From positions 139,423,418 through 139,487,417 of the forward strand of contig CP092864.1 of the NCBI GenBank assembly GCA_030710605.1: a DNA stretch of 64,000 bases, written 5' to 3'. The position numbers were made by a program, and so were the translations under genes. Origin of the DNA: Cordylochernes scorpioides (Eukaryota). Numbering within the stretch: the stretch's first letter is position 1; every line of letters starts with the position of its first letter. Below are positions 61,706-64,000 of the stretch, one piece after another. The notes under the pieces are model-generated. The model was not told where the DNA came from, made no database searches, and saw nothing but the letters and a program-made list of their open reading frames with translations.

Positions 61706-64000
61706 ACGCCATTATGGCCCAACTCCCTTTCATAGTTTTCAATTAGAAACAGTTCTATTTAGAATCAGAATGGGCCCTAAAAGGGCTTTAAATACAAGAT
61801 AGAATGTTTGTATTTTCGTGTCTTGTCCCGTTAGAAGGGATGGAGATCTATGTTCTCCAATCTATAGAGAGGAAATAGTATCCTTAAGTCACCCTACCTA
61901 TATTATTATGTAAATAGTATGTCCCGCCAGCATAAAAAAAAAAAATGCCCCCAAAAATATGAATAGTTCAAATAAATATCCGATACATATCGTATGAGAG
62001 TAATTTCTTGTTCTCTCTCCTACATACTCCATTCTTTTGCCCTATGATGTTACTCCCACTGTATAAATGAAATGTTGTATGTTTCTTATCTATTTGAAGG
62101 GAATGTTGCTAATAATTAGGTCTCCATAAATTGCCGGTCATATACATCGTTGCAAGTGTCTGTGTTTCAGTGTGCCTGCATCATGTCTACTTTATATTGT
62201 TCATTGATTTAAAATTAATAAGATACATGTTGTCTTAAAACTCATTAGGTTGTTCTCTTTACGGCTTTATTGAAGACCCAGGTTTTAGATATATTATGAT
62301 TGTTAATGTCAATGGCATAAGTCTATAGTTTGCTTGTCCTTTATTATTAGATTTTTGGTGTAATCTTCATAAATAGAGTTCTTCCCATATATCCAGATGG
62401 TAACATACTTATCGCATCTTGTTGAATCTTTACTATAAAGGATTAGGATTAATGTATACCTGCATGTGCGGCCAGATTTTCCACCAATGGAGTCTGAATC
62501 AGGTACTTCATGATATCTACTTTGAAATATTGTTTTCCGCCCACTATACTTCAATAGAAATATTAGTTTGGTCTTGTATATTCAGGATTTTAGTCTCTAA
62601 TAGTAACATGTTCATCTTTTCTGAGATCTTCCAAAGTCGTTGGATGATCTCAAAGGACGTGACACAAAGAGATGGGTGCGTCACGGACCAAAGTCCGTTG
62701 GACTGTAGGGGCGGTAAAATGGATGGCGGTTCCATTCCAGCGTCTATCTTTATGATGGGAGAGCCGTTCACTATTAAGGGTATAGTTTGCTTGTCCTTAA
62801 ATCTTATTTGTTAGTCTTCAGATATAACCTTCACAAGTAGGGTTCCTTCTACATATATCCAGATAGCAAAATAATTCAAATATCTTAACCACTTGTTATA
62901 TGCTAAGTACAGACTATTTACATATTTTTAAACTAAGGTTAAATTATTATATAATAAAAATATAACTTATGAAATTTGAATTAGCCATGGAGCAGAGTTA
63001 TGGCTATTGTATCTTTTTATTCTGATTTCTGACTATTGCGCTTATGTCAGGTATGTTTCTATAATATATCCCTATACCATATTTTCTAATTCTTCGGGCT
63101 ATTGTTAAGCAGTTAGGAGGGTAAGGTGTGATGCAAATAGATCTATATGTATGACTACTGTCTGTGTCATTTGGGTTATAAAAAGAAAGGGGGATGCCTT
63201 AATATGAATCTATCCGCAATTGACCTGTAGAAATTATAGAGATCTATTGCTATAATCTATTGCTATTGCTATGTCTTGATGACAGAGCCGACCATTATTT
63301 CACAAATCATTTTAACGTAGTGAAGGAACAGGAATAATTCGATATTTCCCCCCTTTCTTCCTAATTACACGTGAGCCCTAATTTAATGGGAGTGTCTTTA
63401 CACATCTGTCCTAAACTTCCCACACTATATCCCTTGTGTATAAATCTATTTTTTTAATTCATCTGTAGAAATATAGAGATCTGTTGCTATAATTTCCTCT
63501 ATGAAGTAGCTACCAGCGTCTTCAGTAGGTGGCTAAATCGTTAGAAGGCGATTCTTTTAGAGGAATGGTTGAAACAACGAGGGAGGCAAAGGAAGGGTCC
63601 GCCATTTTTCTTTCATGGAAGAAGAAGCAGGAGAGAGTATGGATGTAAGTTGAAACCCCTGAGACGTTTGGACCCCACATTCCTGAGACATCGTTAGTTC
63701 GCGCGCGAAGGATCCATCAACGGGACTGCCTGACGCTGGGCCCCTTTCCCCCCCCCCCGCTATTAGTGGAATTCCACCCACGCCTGGCGTGGTTGGAAGC
63801 CTCACTTGGAACTGCATTCCTCTAAATCCTTCTGTACTTTGTATATTATCTGATATTCCATTCTTCCAATTATAGTTCTTATGCTCAAGTGCTACATTGC
63901 TTATCTCTATATCAAACGCCTTGCCTATTGTGGTAGAGACCCAGTTACCAAAATGTTACATTTGCAGTTTTTTTTTATAAATAAATTTTTTGTATTAAGT

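Noticed and set aside
62419-62814. 131-aa plus-strand ORF
   Set aside because: AT-rich, low-complexity, with no conserved motif and no splice context; likely a chance ORF.
63630-63665. ATGGAT|GTAAGT resembling a start codon followed by a splice donor
   Set aside because: It is an isolated 6-nt coincidence with no supporting exon or frame evidence.
1-64000. Prokaryotic interpretation (operons, defence systems, CRISPR)
   Set aside because: Spliceosomal introns with GT-AG boundaries, a metazoan MVP gene, poly-A-tailed SINEs with target-site duplications and a mariner element all show this is eukaryotic nuclear DNA. The six-frame ORFs outside the MVP exons and transposon remnants are noise.

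Overview
This is a eukaryotic (metazoan) genomic window, not a prokaryotic one. It is AT-rich (roughly one-third GC by eye), has spliceosomal introns, poly-A-tailed tRNA-derived SINEs, LINE 3' ends, a mariner-like element, and many TA-flanked MITEs. The style is invertebrate-like (bivalve or cnidarian type); the species cannot be named from sequence alone.

The only convincing cellular gene is a complete major vault protein (MVP) gene on the minus strand. I reconstructed 13 coding exons by hand between 19099 and 44903. Every junction is phase-consistent and the exons sum to 2598 nt (866 codons, about 865 aa). There is a 53-bp intron 2 and one GC-AG intron (intron 11). The introns are saturated with repeats.

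The most unusual content is a tandem array of ~340-bp units at 22786-23790, inside MVP intron 11. Each unit carries an intact minimal type I hammerhead ribozyme; there are three intact copies. The array is a candidate circRNA/retrozyme-like locus. Mutated dispersed copies of the same family occur elsewhere in the window.

Other notable items:
- a frameshifted mariner-like element in MVP intron 3;
- a 176-bp MITE family with more than 20 copies;
- a 1.25-kb TIR element present three times, two of them as an inverted pair;
- nested SINE-in-MITE insertions with target-site duplications;
- tRNA-Gly(GCC)-like sequences followed by oligo-T, embedded in a conserved repeat;
- two paralogous promoter plus non-coding first-exon modules near the 3' edge;
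- an isolated GC-rich island;
- several minisatellites and foldback elements.
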